64,000 bases of DNA from an uncultured cyanobacterium. GTDB taxonomy: Bacteria; Cyanobacteriota; Cyanobacteriia; Cyanobacteriales; CAWUOF01. The stretch lies in contig CAVUSO010000001.1 of NCBI GenBank assembly GCA_963744145.1, positions 1,678,831 to 1,742,830 of the forward strand, given 5' to 3'. This document shows positions 21,500-30,954 of the stretch, in pieces (the first letter of the stretch is position 1; the number at the start of each line of letters is the position of its first letter). The translations under genes were made by a program, and so were the position numbers. The notes below the pieces were generated by a model that saw only the letters and a list, made by a program, of their open reading frames with translations, did not search any database and was not told where the DNA came from.

Positions 21500-21509
21500 G
21501 CACTGACCA

Positions 21510-22016
21510 ATGATCAAACCGATGAATTTAAAAAATAGCTTCTTTTGGCTAGTAGCCATCATTAGTCTGATTTTTGATCAGCTAACTAAATCCTGGGTAG
21601 TCCAAAATTTTCAGCTTGATGATACAATGCCTGTCTGGTCAGGAGTATTTCACTTTACTTTTGTCCGCAATACCGGTGCTGCCTTTAGTCTGTTTACTCA
21701 GAGTACAGGTTGGTTACGTTGGCTATCTCTGATCGTCAGTATTGGCTTAATGGTCCTAGCTGCATTTGGACCATATATGAATAAATGGGACCAACTTGGC
21801 TATGGTTTTATTTTAGGAGGAGCACTAGGTAATGGGATAGATCGGTTTTTCCGGGGCTATGTGATCGATTTTCTAGATTTACGATTGATCCACTTTCCAG
21901 TATTTAATATTGCAGATATTTCAATTAACCTCGGTCTGCTCTGTCTTGCGATCGCTTATTTCCATCAGGATTTACCTCCTGGACGTCGTCGGGTCCGTGA
22001 TTCCTTTCATCCTTAG
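21510..22016 (+). CDS. lspA: lipoprotein signal peptidase II
   Basis: FVRNTGAAFS and FNIADISI signature motifs. Confidence 0.85.
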   Translation: MIKPMNLKNSFFWLVAIISLIFDQLTKSWVVQNFQLDDTMPVWSGVFHFTFVRNTGAAFSLFTQSTGWLRWLSLIVSIGLMVLAAFGPYMNKWDQLGYGFILGGALGNGIDRFFRGYVIDFLDLRLIHFPVFNIADISINLGLLCLAIAYFHQDLPPGRRRVRDSFHP

Positions 22017-22087
22017 TCAACTTGAACTTAAGATTAAAATGGTGGTTGAGCATCAGTTTCATCGGAGCAGTCTTATAGATAATCACA

Positions 22088-24349
22088 ATGACTCCACCCC
22101 CACCAAACCAGCAACCCCGGACTCTGTTGGGAGTAATCACCCAAGCAGTCCAAACTGTCCAAGCGAAAGTAAATTTTTCCCAACTAGCGCTTAAACCTAA
22201 CGCTAGAGTACCTGAACTTTGGGTGCAAGATGCTAATGCAGATCAAGCCGATATTTTTCCTTTGTTGGGCGATCGCTATTTACTCGGGCGTTCTTCTAAA
22301 TCCTGTGATATTGTCGTTAAGAACCCGGTAGTCAGTCAGGTTCACCTTTCGATCTCACGGGATAGTCAGCGACGGAATGCACCTTTTATTATTAAAGATG
22401 AAGATTCTACCAATGGCATCTTTTTAGGTAAGCGACGGATTACCAGCTTATGTTTGCGTCATGGTGATGTATTTACCCTTGGACCAGCAGCACTACAAGC
22501 TTCGGTTCGACTCCAATACTATAATCCACCACCTTGGTATGTACGAGTATTGACCTGGAGTTCCCTGGGTGTGGGGGGAGTGACCGGGTTACTAGCATTA
22601 TGGATGATTTTCATTGAATGGCCGAAAATTCCCGTTCAACCTTTACCAAGATCAGTTCAAGGACCAGTAATTGTTTATGCTGGGGATGAAGAAACTCCCC
22701 TCCGTTCCCCCTGCAATAATTCTCATATTGAACTAAAAAGCATTAAAGATTTTTCTCCCTATCTTCCGAAAGCTGTAGTTGCATCAGAAGATAGTCGCTT
22801 TTATTGGCATATTGGAGTTGATCCCTGGGGAATTATCCGTGCATTAGTAACTAATATTCGTGGTGGGGAAATTCGTGAAGGTGCCAGTACCTTGACCCAG
22901 CAGTTGTCTAGAAGTTTGTTTCGCGAATATGTTGGTACTCAAGATTCAGCGGGACGAAAAATTCGTGAAGCGATCGTTTCGTTGAAATTAGAAACATTTT
23001 ATAGTAAAGATGAACTGCTGCGAGCTTATCTGAATCAAGTTTATCTAGGAGTTTGTGCTTATGGATTTGAAGATGCTGCTCAGTTTTATTTTGGGAAATC
23101 AGCTAAAGATTTAGACTTGTCAGAAGCAGCTACTTTAGTCGGAGTTTTACCAGCTCCCAATCGGTTTAATCCAGCTCTGAATTATCAGACTTCCTTAGAA
23201 TTACGCGATCGGGTGATTAGTCGGATGGCAACATTGGGAATGGTAAGTGAGGAAGAAGCTCAAAGAGCCAGACGATCGCGGATTGAAATTACCCCAAAAG
23301 CTCGTCAAGAATTGCAAGGTACAATCGCACCCTATTTTTACTCTTACGTTTTCAGTGAATTAGAAGATTTATTGCCAAATGTAGCGAGTGAAGGTAATTT
23401 TATTGTCGAAACTGCACTCGATCGTCGGATGCAATCTCAAGCAGAACTTTCGCTGCATAATGGGATTAATAATTATGGATCGACCATGGGATTTTCCCAA
23501 GGTGCGTTGGTAACTCTAAATACTAACACGGGTGCTATTCTAGCTTTAACTGGTGGTTTAGATTACGCTCAAAGTCAGTTTAATCGAGTGACCCAAGCCA
23601 AAAGACAACCAGGTTCAACTTTTAAAATTTTTACCTATACAGCAGCGATCGAACAAGGAATCTCACCGGGAACTGCTTATTCCTGCGCTCCCTTGGATTG
23701 GGGAGGTCAAACTTTTGAGGGTTGTGAAAGTGGTAGTGGTAGTTTAAATATGTATGCGGCGATCGCTGCTTCTGAAAATGTCATTGCTTTACGAATTGCC
23801 GAAAATGTTGGTTTAAATAAAGTAGTGGAAATGGCAAGGAAAATGGGAATTAAGTCTACACTTAATCCTGTTCCCGGTTTGGTACTTGGTCAAAGTGAAG
23901 TATCAGTATTAGAGTTAACTGGTGCTTTTGCTGTGCTAGCAAATCACGGAGTACGCAATCATCCCCATTCAATTATTCGGATTCGTGATAGTAGTGATTG
24001 TCAAGATCATCATAATCCGAAAACTTGTCGAATCATTTATGAATATGACACCAATTCAGATGCAAATCAACAAGTTATTTCTCCACAAGTAGCCGATATA
24101 ATGACAAATTTACTGCAAGGTGTAGTCCGAAGTGGAACAGGTAGTGCTGCGTCGATCGGACTGGGTGATGAAGCTGGTAAAACTGGTACTACTAATAATG
24201 GAGTTGATCTGTGGTTTGTTGGTTATATTCCTAGTCGAGACTTAGTTACAGGAATTTGGTTAGGTAATGATAATAATGCACCCACCAGTGGTTATGGTGC
24301 TAACGCTGCTCAAATTTGGGGAGATTATATGCGGAAAATTATTAAATGA
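22088..24349 (+). CDS. class A penicillin-binding protein (GT51 transglycosylase + transpeptidase) with N-terminal FHA domain
   Basis: FHA: LLGRSSKSCDIVVKNPVVSQVHLSI...STNGIFLGKRRI; GT51: EDSRFYWHIGVD...ASTLTQQL; TPase: QPGSTFK. Confidence 0.85.
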   Translation: MTPPPPNQQPRTLLGVITQAVQTVQAKVNFSQLALKPNARVPELWVQDANADQADIFPLLGDRYLLGRSSKSCDIVVKNPVVSQVHLSISRDSQRRNAPFIIKDEDSTNGIFLGKRRITSLCLRHGDVFTLGPAALQASVRLQYYNPPPWYVRVLTWSSLGVGGVTGLLALWMIFIEWPKIPVQPLPRSVQGPVIVYAGDEETPLRSPCNNSHIELKSIKDFSPYLPKAVVASEDSRFYWHIGVDPWGIIRALVTNIRGGEIREGASTLTQQLSRSLFREYVGTQDSAGRKIREAIVSLKLETFYSKDELLRAYLNQVYLGVCAYGFEDAAQFYFGKSAKDLDLSEAATLVGVLPAPNRFNPALNYQTSLELRDRVISRMATLGMVSEEEAQRARRSRIEITPKARQELQGTIAPYFYSYVFSELEDLLPNVASEGNFIVETALDRRMQSQAELSLHNGINNYGSTMGFSQGALVTLNTNTGAILALTGGLDYAQSQFNRVTQAKRQPGSTFKIFTYTAAIEQGISPGTAYSCAPLDWGGQTFEGCESGSGSLNMYAAIAASENVIALRIAENVGLNKVVEMARKMGIKSTLNPVPGLVLGQSEVSVLELTGAFAVLANHGVRNHPHSIIRIRDSSDCQDHHNPKTCRIIYEYDTNSDANQQVISPQVADIMTNLLQGVVRSGTGSAASIGLGDEAGKTGTTNNGVDLWFVGYIPSRDLVTGIWLGNDNNAPTSGYGANAAQIWGDYMRKIIK

Positions 24350-24401
24350 AAATATTTACGATAAATTGCCCAGGTATATCGTAATTATTTAAACAGAAAA
24401 G

Positions 24402-25601
24402 ATGAAAGAGATCAGTTCTATTATTACGGCATTTTTAGACAGTCAACACAATAGTGAACCAATATTTCTAGCAACTGTTGTTAATGTGCAAGGTTCTCAC
24501 TATCGTCAACCAGGAGCGCGGATGCTCATTACATTAGCAGGTAAGATGGTAGGAACTATTAGTGGTGGTTGTCTGGAAAATGATGTCTTTCAACATACTC
24601 ACTTAATGACCCATCACCAACCCATTGTTGTCACTTATAATACCAATGCTGATCAAGATATTATTTGGGGATTGGGTTTGGGTTGTAATGGTGTGGTAGA
24701 TGTGATGATTGAATGTCTTGATCAGGATGATCTATTTAATCCCTTAGCTTTTATTCATCAATGTTTCTCTGAACAAAAACCAGGTATTATGGCTACTGTT
24801 TGTAGTGTTGATGATGCTGTTGCTAAGGTGAAATTAGAAACAAGATTAATCCTTAATGCTGATGGTACTATCAATACTAATATTGCTGAATCTAGTTTAA
24901 CTCAAATCTTAATCAAAGATGTCCAATCAGCTTTTAAAAATCAATCCTCAAGATTTCATAAATACCAACTTTCGTCAAGTCAAGTTAGTGTTTTTATTGA
25001 ATTTATTCAGATTCCTCCACACTTAATAATTTTTGGTGCTGGTCGCAATGCTTTACCAGTAGCAGAGTTAGCTAAAGCTTTAGGTTGGCAACTTACTATT
25101 ATTGATTGTCGAGCGATCGCTGCAACTAAAGAACGTTTTTTTATGGCTGATCATGTGATTCTGACCCAGCGAGAATCTTTAGATCAACATATAATATCTA
25201 TAAATGAACGTACTGTTGCTGTAGTTATGACACATAATTATCTCGATGATTTAGCAATTCTCAACCTACTGATACCAGCTAATTTAAAATATTTAGGTTG
25301 TTTAGGTTCTCAGCAACGCACCCAAAGATTATTAAATGATTTACTAGCTGAAGGAGTACAAGCAACACCAGAACAATTACAAAAATTATATGCTCCTGTT
25401 GGAATTGATATTGGTGCAGATACCCCGGAAACAATTGCATTATCTATTATCGCAGAAATTCAAGCATTCCTGACAGAGCGTCAAGGTGGTTTTTTAAAAG
25501 ACCGTGCTGCACCAATTCACTACCGTAATCAGGTAAAGGAAATTAAGATCGAACAAGCAAAACTAAGTTTTATGTGTAGAGGTTTTCATGCCTATTTATA
25601 A
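24402..25601 (+). CDS. XdhC/CoxI family molybdoenzyme maturation factor
   Basis: N-terminal XdhC_CoxI domain (ATVVNVQGSHYRQPGARM...GTISGGCLE) plus C-terminal Rossmann domain (IIFGAGRNALPV). Confidence 0.75.
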   Translation: MKEISSIITAFLDSQHNSEPIFLATVVNVQGSHYRQPGARMLITLAGKMVGTISGGCLENDVFQHTHLMTHHQPIVVTYNTNADQDIIWGLGLGCNGVVDVMIECLDQDDLFNPLAFIHQCFSEQKPGIMATVCSVDDAVAKVKLETRLILNADGTINTNIAESSLTQILIKDVQSAFKNQSSRFHKYQLSSSQVSVFIEFIQIPPHLIIFGAGRNALPVAELAKALGWQLTIIDCRAIAATKERFFMADHVILTQRESLDQHIISINERTVAVVMTHNYLDDLAILNLLIPANLKYLGCLGSQQRTQRLLNDLLAEGVQATPEQLQKLYAPVGIDIGADTPETIALSIIAEIQAFLTERQGGFLKDRAAPIHYRNQVKEIKIEQAKLSFMCRGFHAYL

Positions 25602-25602
25602 A

Positions 25603-25646
25603 AAGGGGGATAGAAGTGGTCGCCAATAGCGGCCACTTCCATCCCC
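25603..25646 (+). terminator. hairpin immediately after xdhC-family stop (GGGGGATAGAAGTGGTCGCC-AATA-GCGGCCACTTCCATCCCCC)
   Basis: Approximately 19-bp imperfect inverted repeat directly downstream of stop; no clear U-tract. Confidence 0.4.
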
Positions 25647-26164
25647 CTCCGTGTGAGAATGATTATTATTATCATACGAAGCTTTTCTATATTTTATTTT
25701 CTGGAAGTCCCTTAAAGGTAGTGCAGTTCTGAGTAAAACTATTTTTCCTCTGGTGCGTCCTGTCCAGGTTGTTGACCAGATTCAGAAAAAATTAAGTGGT
25801 CAGAACTGGTTTGTACATTTTCTTTTTACCCAAATATTGCTCGGAAATGAATCCGATTAAATTGGAATGGCAAAATCAGCAAAAAAGATGAACTATCCGG
25901 GCAATCGTTTGATGATGAATTAGACTTGGCTTATGCCGTAATTGATGCTGTTCAAGCGCGAGGAGACCGAGGAAATTATCCGACCAAACGGGTTAAATTT
26001 AAATCTCCGCCCACCGGTTAACTTTTCGTTATATACTTTAAATTTTTCCACCCACTTACTTACTTACTTGAAAATAACCGCTTTTTATTTTCCTGATCAT
26101 CAAGCTAGTGTGAAACAACGATGCTAATCTTAAACAATTGTATTCCCTGTAAAAATAGTATTTT

Positions 26165-27532
26165 TTGCGCTTACACCCCATTATATTTATGAAAATAACC
26201 CTCCCTTCTCAGTATGACTTTCTTTCTCGCTTCTTGAGACTAGCTTTTATCAATGTCGTTTCCAATATCACAGAGCCTCTAGCTGGAACAGTCAGCCTAG
26301 CGTTTCTGGGCTATCTAACCGAAATCCATCATTTAGCAGGGGTTACTCTCTCTACAACCCTGTTTAATTTCACCTATTTCATTGTCAACTTTTTACGCAT
26401 GGGAACCACTGGTGTGACAGCGCAAGCAGTGGGACGGAATGACCATGAAGAGATGCTGCTGGTAGGACTGCGTAATGGTTTAATTGGACTGGGGATAGGC
26501 GCACTACTTCTATTGTTGCAACATCCTCTGCAACAGTTGTGGTTTGGGATGATGAGTGCGACGACCGAGGTTAAAGCATCAGGGATTGACTATTTTAATG
26601 CCCGAATTTGGGGAGCGCCTGCGGTTGTCGTTAATTTTGTTCTCATTGGGTGGTTTCTCGGACGGGAGATGAGTGCTGTGGTGTTGCTGATTACCATAGT
26701 GGGTAACGTAGCTAATGTGGTGTTGGACTACCTGTTTATTGTCCACTGGGACTGGGCTAGCACGGGGGCGGGACTATCTCAAGCCCTGAGCCAGTATCTG
26801 ATGTTAGTGGTAGGCATAATTTTGGCGAGTCTCAAGATTGACTGGAAGGAAGCTCGAAGTGCAGCCAAAAAGTTTTGGAATACTAGCGCATTTAAAGCAG
26901 CTTTTACCCTGAATAGCAATATCTTCATCCGGTCTTTGGCAATTATGTTCGTGGTGACCATTTTCATGGCTTTTAGTTCTGCCATGGGGACATTGATCCT
27001 GACTGAAAACGCCTTACTCTTACAAATAGCATTGCTTTGTTGCTACATTTTCGAGGGAATAGGATTTGCGACGGAGACTTTAGGCGGAAACTTTAAAGGA
27101 CAACAAGCAATGGACCGGTTATTGCCCCTATTAAAGGTTACGTTAACAAGCAGCATATTGGTGGGAATAATCTTCAGCTTGGTGTGTGTCCTATTTCCTC
27201 AGACGGTTTTTGGGCTATTAACTAATCATGACGAAGTAAAGGAACTTTTTCCAATCTATGTTCCTTGGCTACTTTCTGTGTTAACATTTTGGGCAGTTCT
27301 CTTGACACTGGATGGATACTTTGCCGGTTTAGCCGAAGGAGAAGCCATTCGCAACGCAGCCTTAATATCAGCAATTTTCGGATTTGCGCCCCTAGCGGTT
27401 CTGGCATGGTATTCTCATAACAACCATATCTTGTGGCTGGCTATTTCAGTATTCGGGGCAACAAGAGCGTTGGTGCTTGCGCTACATATGCTAAGACCTA
27501 CCTTCCAAGAGAAATATCACTTGTTTGGCTAA
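26165..27532 (+). CDS. MATE family efflux transporter
   Basis: 12-TM protein with MATE N-lobe (GAALATTLSQ-like) pattern. Confidence 0.8.
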   Translation: MRLHPIIFMKITLPSQYDFLSRFLRLAFINVVSNITEPLAGTVSLAFLGYLTEIHHLAGVTLSTTLFNFTYFIVNFLRMGTTGVTAQAVGRNDHEEMLLVGLRNGLIGLGIGALLLLLQHPLQQLWFGMMSATTEVKASGIDYFNARIWGAPAVVVNFVLIGWFLGREMSAVVLLITIVGNVANVVLDYLFIVHWDWASTGAGLSQALSQYLMLVVGIILASLKIDWKEARSAAKKFWNTSAFKAAFTLNSNIFIRSLAIMFVVTIFMAFSSAMGTLILTENALLLQIALLCCYIFEGIGFATETLGGNFKGQQAMDRLLPLLKVTLTSSILVGIIFSLVCVLFPQTVFGLLTNHDEVKELFPIYVPWLLSVLTFWAVLLTLDGYFAGLAEGEAIRNAALISAIFGFAPLAVLAWYSHNNHILWLAISVFGATRALVLALHMLRPTFQEKYHLFG

Positions 27533-27571
27533 ATCCTGAATATAAGGTCCCCAATATGTTCAACATCGGTC

Positions 27572-27871
27572 TTGTTTTTTAGAGGGCTGTTCTTTTTTAC
27601 CATAAAACCCCCAAATTATTCCAGAGTATGGCTCTTACCGTTCTTGTCACCCCTGTTTGATCAACAATTGGAACAAGCCAAACCAGCAGCAGAACAGCAG
27701 GGTATACAAATGGGACAGCGTCGCCTGCTCGAAAATCTCCTCATGTCACGTTTTGGTGACTTAGATGAGGAACTAACAGCGATCATCTCACCTTTGTTAG
27801 CGCTACCGCCCGAGGAGTTGGCTTCTGCGCTGCTTCAATTATCTCGTGAAGAATTATTATCTCGGTTTTGA
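27572..27871 (+). pseudogene. remnant of Rpn/YhgA-like PD-(D/E)XK transposase family gene (only DUF4351 C-terminal domain retained)
   Basis: C-terminal 55 aa QQGIQMGQRRLLENLLMSRFGDLDEELTAIISPLLALPPEELASALLQL matches DUF4351; N-terminal 40 aa low-complexity. Confidence 0.4.
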
Positions 27872-28194
27872 TCGCCAAACTGAAAAGTCTGAACGCTTTT
27901 AATCAAGTTCCCATCTTTCTAGATTTTCGCTTACCAGCTTCCGTTCGATCGCTCGGATGGCTCTCTCGGCTCTGTGGTAAAAAAGTATCTTAAGCTACAA
28001 ATCTTTTGGTTAATGAGGGCGGAAATGCTCGCTGTTCAGGCAATATAAGTCTTACTTATAACCATAAATCCGGGAGAGCCATAAATTTTATTACAATATT
28101 TTGATATTGTTGGGATGGATGGTGTATATATGCTATAATATCGGCAGAATTCACTTAAGATTTTAAGAATTCATAATTCATGATAAACAGTTGA

Positions 28195-28475
28195 GTCAGT
28201 AACCCAGCCCTAAAGGGATGTAGCTCGAAAGAGCTATACTGACCAGACTCCACGGGTAGATTGATTTGAGTCAAGACGCGCCTTGAATGCGACGTAGGGG
28301 CTTGTTGTTCTTGCGCCCGTACATCACAAAAGTACACCAATCTGAACAATCCCCGTGTAATGGACAAAGAAATATTTACTGGCGGTTAAAACCGCGCTTA
28401 GTCGTTTTCCTCTCAGGTCTAAAGACGCGCTCGTTTCCCACAAACCCAAGTTTTCTTATGAGTTTTTTGCAATAA
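28195..28475 (+). ncRNA. degenerate IscB omega-RNA scaffold homolog (solo copy) ending in an IscB start remnant ATGAGTTTTTTGCAATAA (MSFLQ*)
   Basis: Alignable to the minus-strand RNA upstream of iscB at 35556-35765: GTCAGTAACCCA..GTAGCTC(T)GAAAGAGCT(G/A)TACTGACCAGAC(C/T)CCACGGG..AATGCGACG.., with compensatory stem changes (CAAGGCTAAAGCCTTG vs CCCTAAAGGG). Confidence 0.45.
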
Positions 28476-28606
28476 TTCTCAATTTTCTGCCCCCAGAGGA
28501 CTTTTTGGCAATCTAAAGATGTTAGATGGGTTCTATATAGACAAGGTTGTTCCTAGCTTGCTTAAAAATTAAATTTGTAACCTAATGAAAATCAGGATAT
28601 AAGCTT

Positions 28607-29536
28607 ATGAATAACAAATCTGAAAAAACAGGACCTAAAGTTGACTTAACCTATGACGACTATATTGGTTTAGAAACTCTTCTTTCTCTTCAAAAAACTC
28701 TTACTCCTTATCACGATGAACTTATTTTTTTGGTATATCATCAGCAGACAGAACTTTGGTTTAGCCTTATAATTCATGAGATTAAGCGATTTATTCAGTT
28801 ATTAATATCTACTGATAGTGATTTTGTAAATGCCCTGGATGCTGTTAAGCGTATTAATAGATATCTTTCTATATTAATAAATAGTTTTGATGTTCTACTT
28901 GAAGGTATATCTACTGAAGAGTTTCTTATCTTTCGTAAAGCTTTTGGTTCTGCTAGTGGATTTCAATCAGTCCAATTCCGGATAATAGAAATTCTTATTG
29001 ACCTCAAATGTGAAGATTCCGACTTTTTAAGTAAGAAAATCAATTTGCCTACTGATCCGAAAGATATAAATCATACTCCGACAAAATCAAGTACATTCTA
29101 CTGGGAGAATGCTTACCATTATCTTTCTCCAAATCAGCCAACAACCACTCTTATAAATTTCAAAAATAAGTATCAAGATTTTTTAAATGATTTATATCAA
29201 AAAGGAGAAAGAATTTCACTTATATCTGCATTTTATTATGTGGTGTCTGATCGGAAATTCGGATTAGAAGGGATAGTTGAAACTCTTGAAAAGCTATTTA
29301 TAGATGGGGAAAATAAAGCTATTATTAAAATAGCTGAAGAGCTAATCAAAATGGATGATTCTATTATCCAGTGGAAACGCACACACTTAAAAGCTGTTGC
29401 TAAACACATGAGTCAAGTAAAGTATGGAACCGGTCAAACAGAATGTATGGAATACTTAAAAAAAAGTATTGTTAAAAATCACTACTTTCCAGAACTTTAC
29501 TTAGCAAAAAGCAAATCTTTAGGAATTACGCATTGA
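28607..29536 (+). CDS. tryptophan 2,3-dioxygenase family protein (AT-rich gene)
   Basis: LTYDDYIGLETLLSLQ...HDELIFLVYHQQTELWFSLIIHE and SGFQSVQFRIIE, ...YGTGQTECMEYL...FPELY match TDO/KynA hallmark motifs. Confidence 0.75.
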   Translation: MNNKSEKTGPKVDLTYDDYIGLETLLSLQKTLTPYHDELIFLVYHQQTELWFSLIIHEIKRFIQLLISTDSDFVNALDAVKRINRYLSILINSFDVLLEGISTEEFLIFRKAFGSASGFQSVQFRIIEILIDLKCEDSDFLSKKINLPTDPKDINHTPTKSSTFYWENAYHYLSPNQPTTTLINFKNKYQDFLNDLYQKGERISLISAFYYVVSDRKFGLEGIVETLEKLFIDGENKAIIKIAEELIKMDDSIIQWKRTHLKAVAKHMSQVKYGTGQTECMEYLKKSIVKNHYFPELYLAKSKSLGITH

Positions 29537-29691
29537 CAGAATGATAAAATAGTGTAGTCGAAAATGGATATCGTCTATAATGAGGTATGAAAAATTAGAA
29601 AAATCACTAAAGCCTCAACCGCAAAATGTAATTTGGAACATTACTGTCTATTTTTGTTATCAGAACCCAAACGTGGCGGATGGGGAGTATC

Positions 29692-30144
29692 TCAGCTTAA
29701 TCTTTTCACATGGGTATCAACCGTAATCCCAGCATCAATATTATAGGCATAATGAAGGAGCATTGTTGTCGTCTTACGAGCTACACCTGGAAGTTTAACT
29801 AATTTTTCAATATTTGAAGGCACTTCACCATCAAATTGTTCAATTAGCATAGTGCAAGTACCTTTGATCATTTTTGCCTTATTGCGATAAAATGTCACTG
29901 GCTTGATCACTGTTTCAATTTCGACTAACTCAGCCTGAGCTAAACTGGCAACATCGGGAAAACGACTAAATAGTTCTGGAGTAACTTGATTAACTCGCTC
30001 ATCAGTACATTGAGCTGCCATAATAATAGCGAGTAACAATTGCCAAGGTGTTTCGTAGTTGAGGGGACAAGGGGAATTTTGATAAGGGACTTCCAGAAAA
30101 TAAAATATACAAAACTTCCAGATGAGAATAATAATCGTTCTCAT
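29692..30144 (-). pseudogene. nth: endonuclease III, 3'-truncated (lacks C-terminal [4Fe-4S] cluster region)
   Basis: ETPWQLLLAIIMAAQCTD...LPGVARKTTTMLL...VDTHVKRLS then stop; about 60 C-terminal residues including the Cys cluster absent; downstream 155 bp has no Nth-like frame. Confidence 0.6.
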
Positions 30145-30146
30145 CC

Positions 30147-30173
30147 GGGGGGTGGGGAAAGCCCTTCCCCCCC
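30147..30173. repeat. G/C-clamped hairpin GGGGGGTGGGGAAAGCCCTTCCCCCCC upstream of nth
   Basis: Read directly; member of GGGGG/CCCCC hairpin class. Confidence 0.4.
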
Positions 30174-30239
30174 TTTTTTGTAGTAAATTCAAGAATAGTT
30201 CGATTTTGAGGTGTTTAAAGTGTTCATAGAATTAACTGA

Positions 30240-30640
30240 GGCGTTAAAAGAGTTATGAAAGGAAACTGCCAGTCAATTAAGGGGAAGAGCCAAGCGGAAA
30301 TTCCTGGCCCAAACAGTCCAAAAATTAGGTTTGAGAGGAATCTGACTGGCAGAATTAGAATTAGGGTGGAACCGCATAACTATTAATAAAGGAATTAAAG
30401 AATTAACAACGGGAATTACTTGTGTAGATAACTATTCAGGGCGAGGCAGAAAAAAATCCGAACAACATTTACCAAATCTTTGATCGGATATTAAAAATTT
30501 AGTTGACTCTCAAAGTCAAATAGATCCAACTTTTAAAAGTGAGCGGCTATATACCCGTCTAACAGCTACTGAAGTGAGAAAGTTATTAATTGAAAAAGTT
30601 GGTTATAGTGATGAAGAATTACCAGGAAACGTTGATCCCC
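30240..30640 (+). mobile_element. ISAzo13-family transposase N-terminal fragment with in-frame stops (dead IS remnant)
   Basis: Translation ...ITINKGIKELTTG...GRGRKKSEQHLPNL*SDIKNLVDSQSQIDPTFKSERLYTRLTATEVRKLL... resembles the N-terminus of ISAzo13 (DDE_Tnp_ISAZ013) transposases; interrupted by stops; no DDE domain follows. Confidence 0.5.
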
Positions 30641-30882
30641 ATCTCGGTCATCCTATGGTTTATGACCTAGCTACCTATCACTATCCCACCCATGCTGATA
30701 TTCCCCGAATTCAAGTTACTTTTGTGGGTGAACCGGATTTTAATTTTAATTCTGCTGGTGTCCGTGGTGTTGGTGAAATTGGAATTACTGGTGTTTCAGC
30801 CGCGATCGCTAATGCGGTTTATTATGCTACAGGTAAACGGATACGTGCATTACCAATCACACCTGATCAGTTGTTAAGATAA
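30641..30882 (+). pseudogene. C-terminal about 70-aa remnant of xanthine dehydrogenase/aldehyde oxidase molybdopterin-binding subunit fused in frame to the transposase fragment
   Basis: HPMVYDLATYHYPTHADIPRIQVTFV...GVGEIGITGVSAAIANAVYYATGKRIRALPITPDQLL is the hallmark C-terminus of XdhB/CoxL-type Mo subunits; the rest of the gene is absent. Confidence 0.55.
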
Positions 30883-30954
30883 TATTTGGTTTATTGGTGG
30901 CATATCCGCTACCAATTAATAAGAAAATAGTTAGATTATAATCACCAGCTAACT

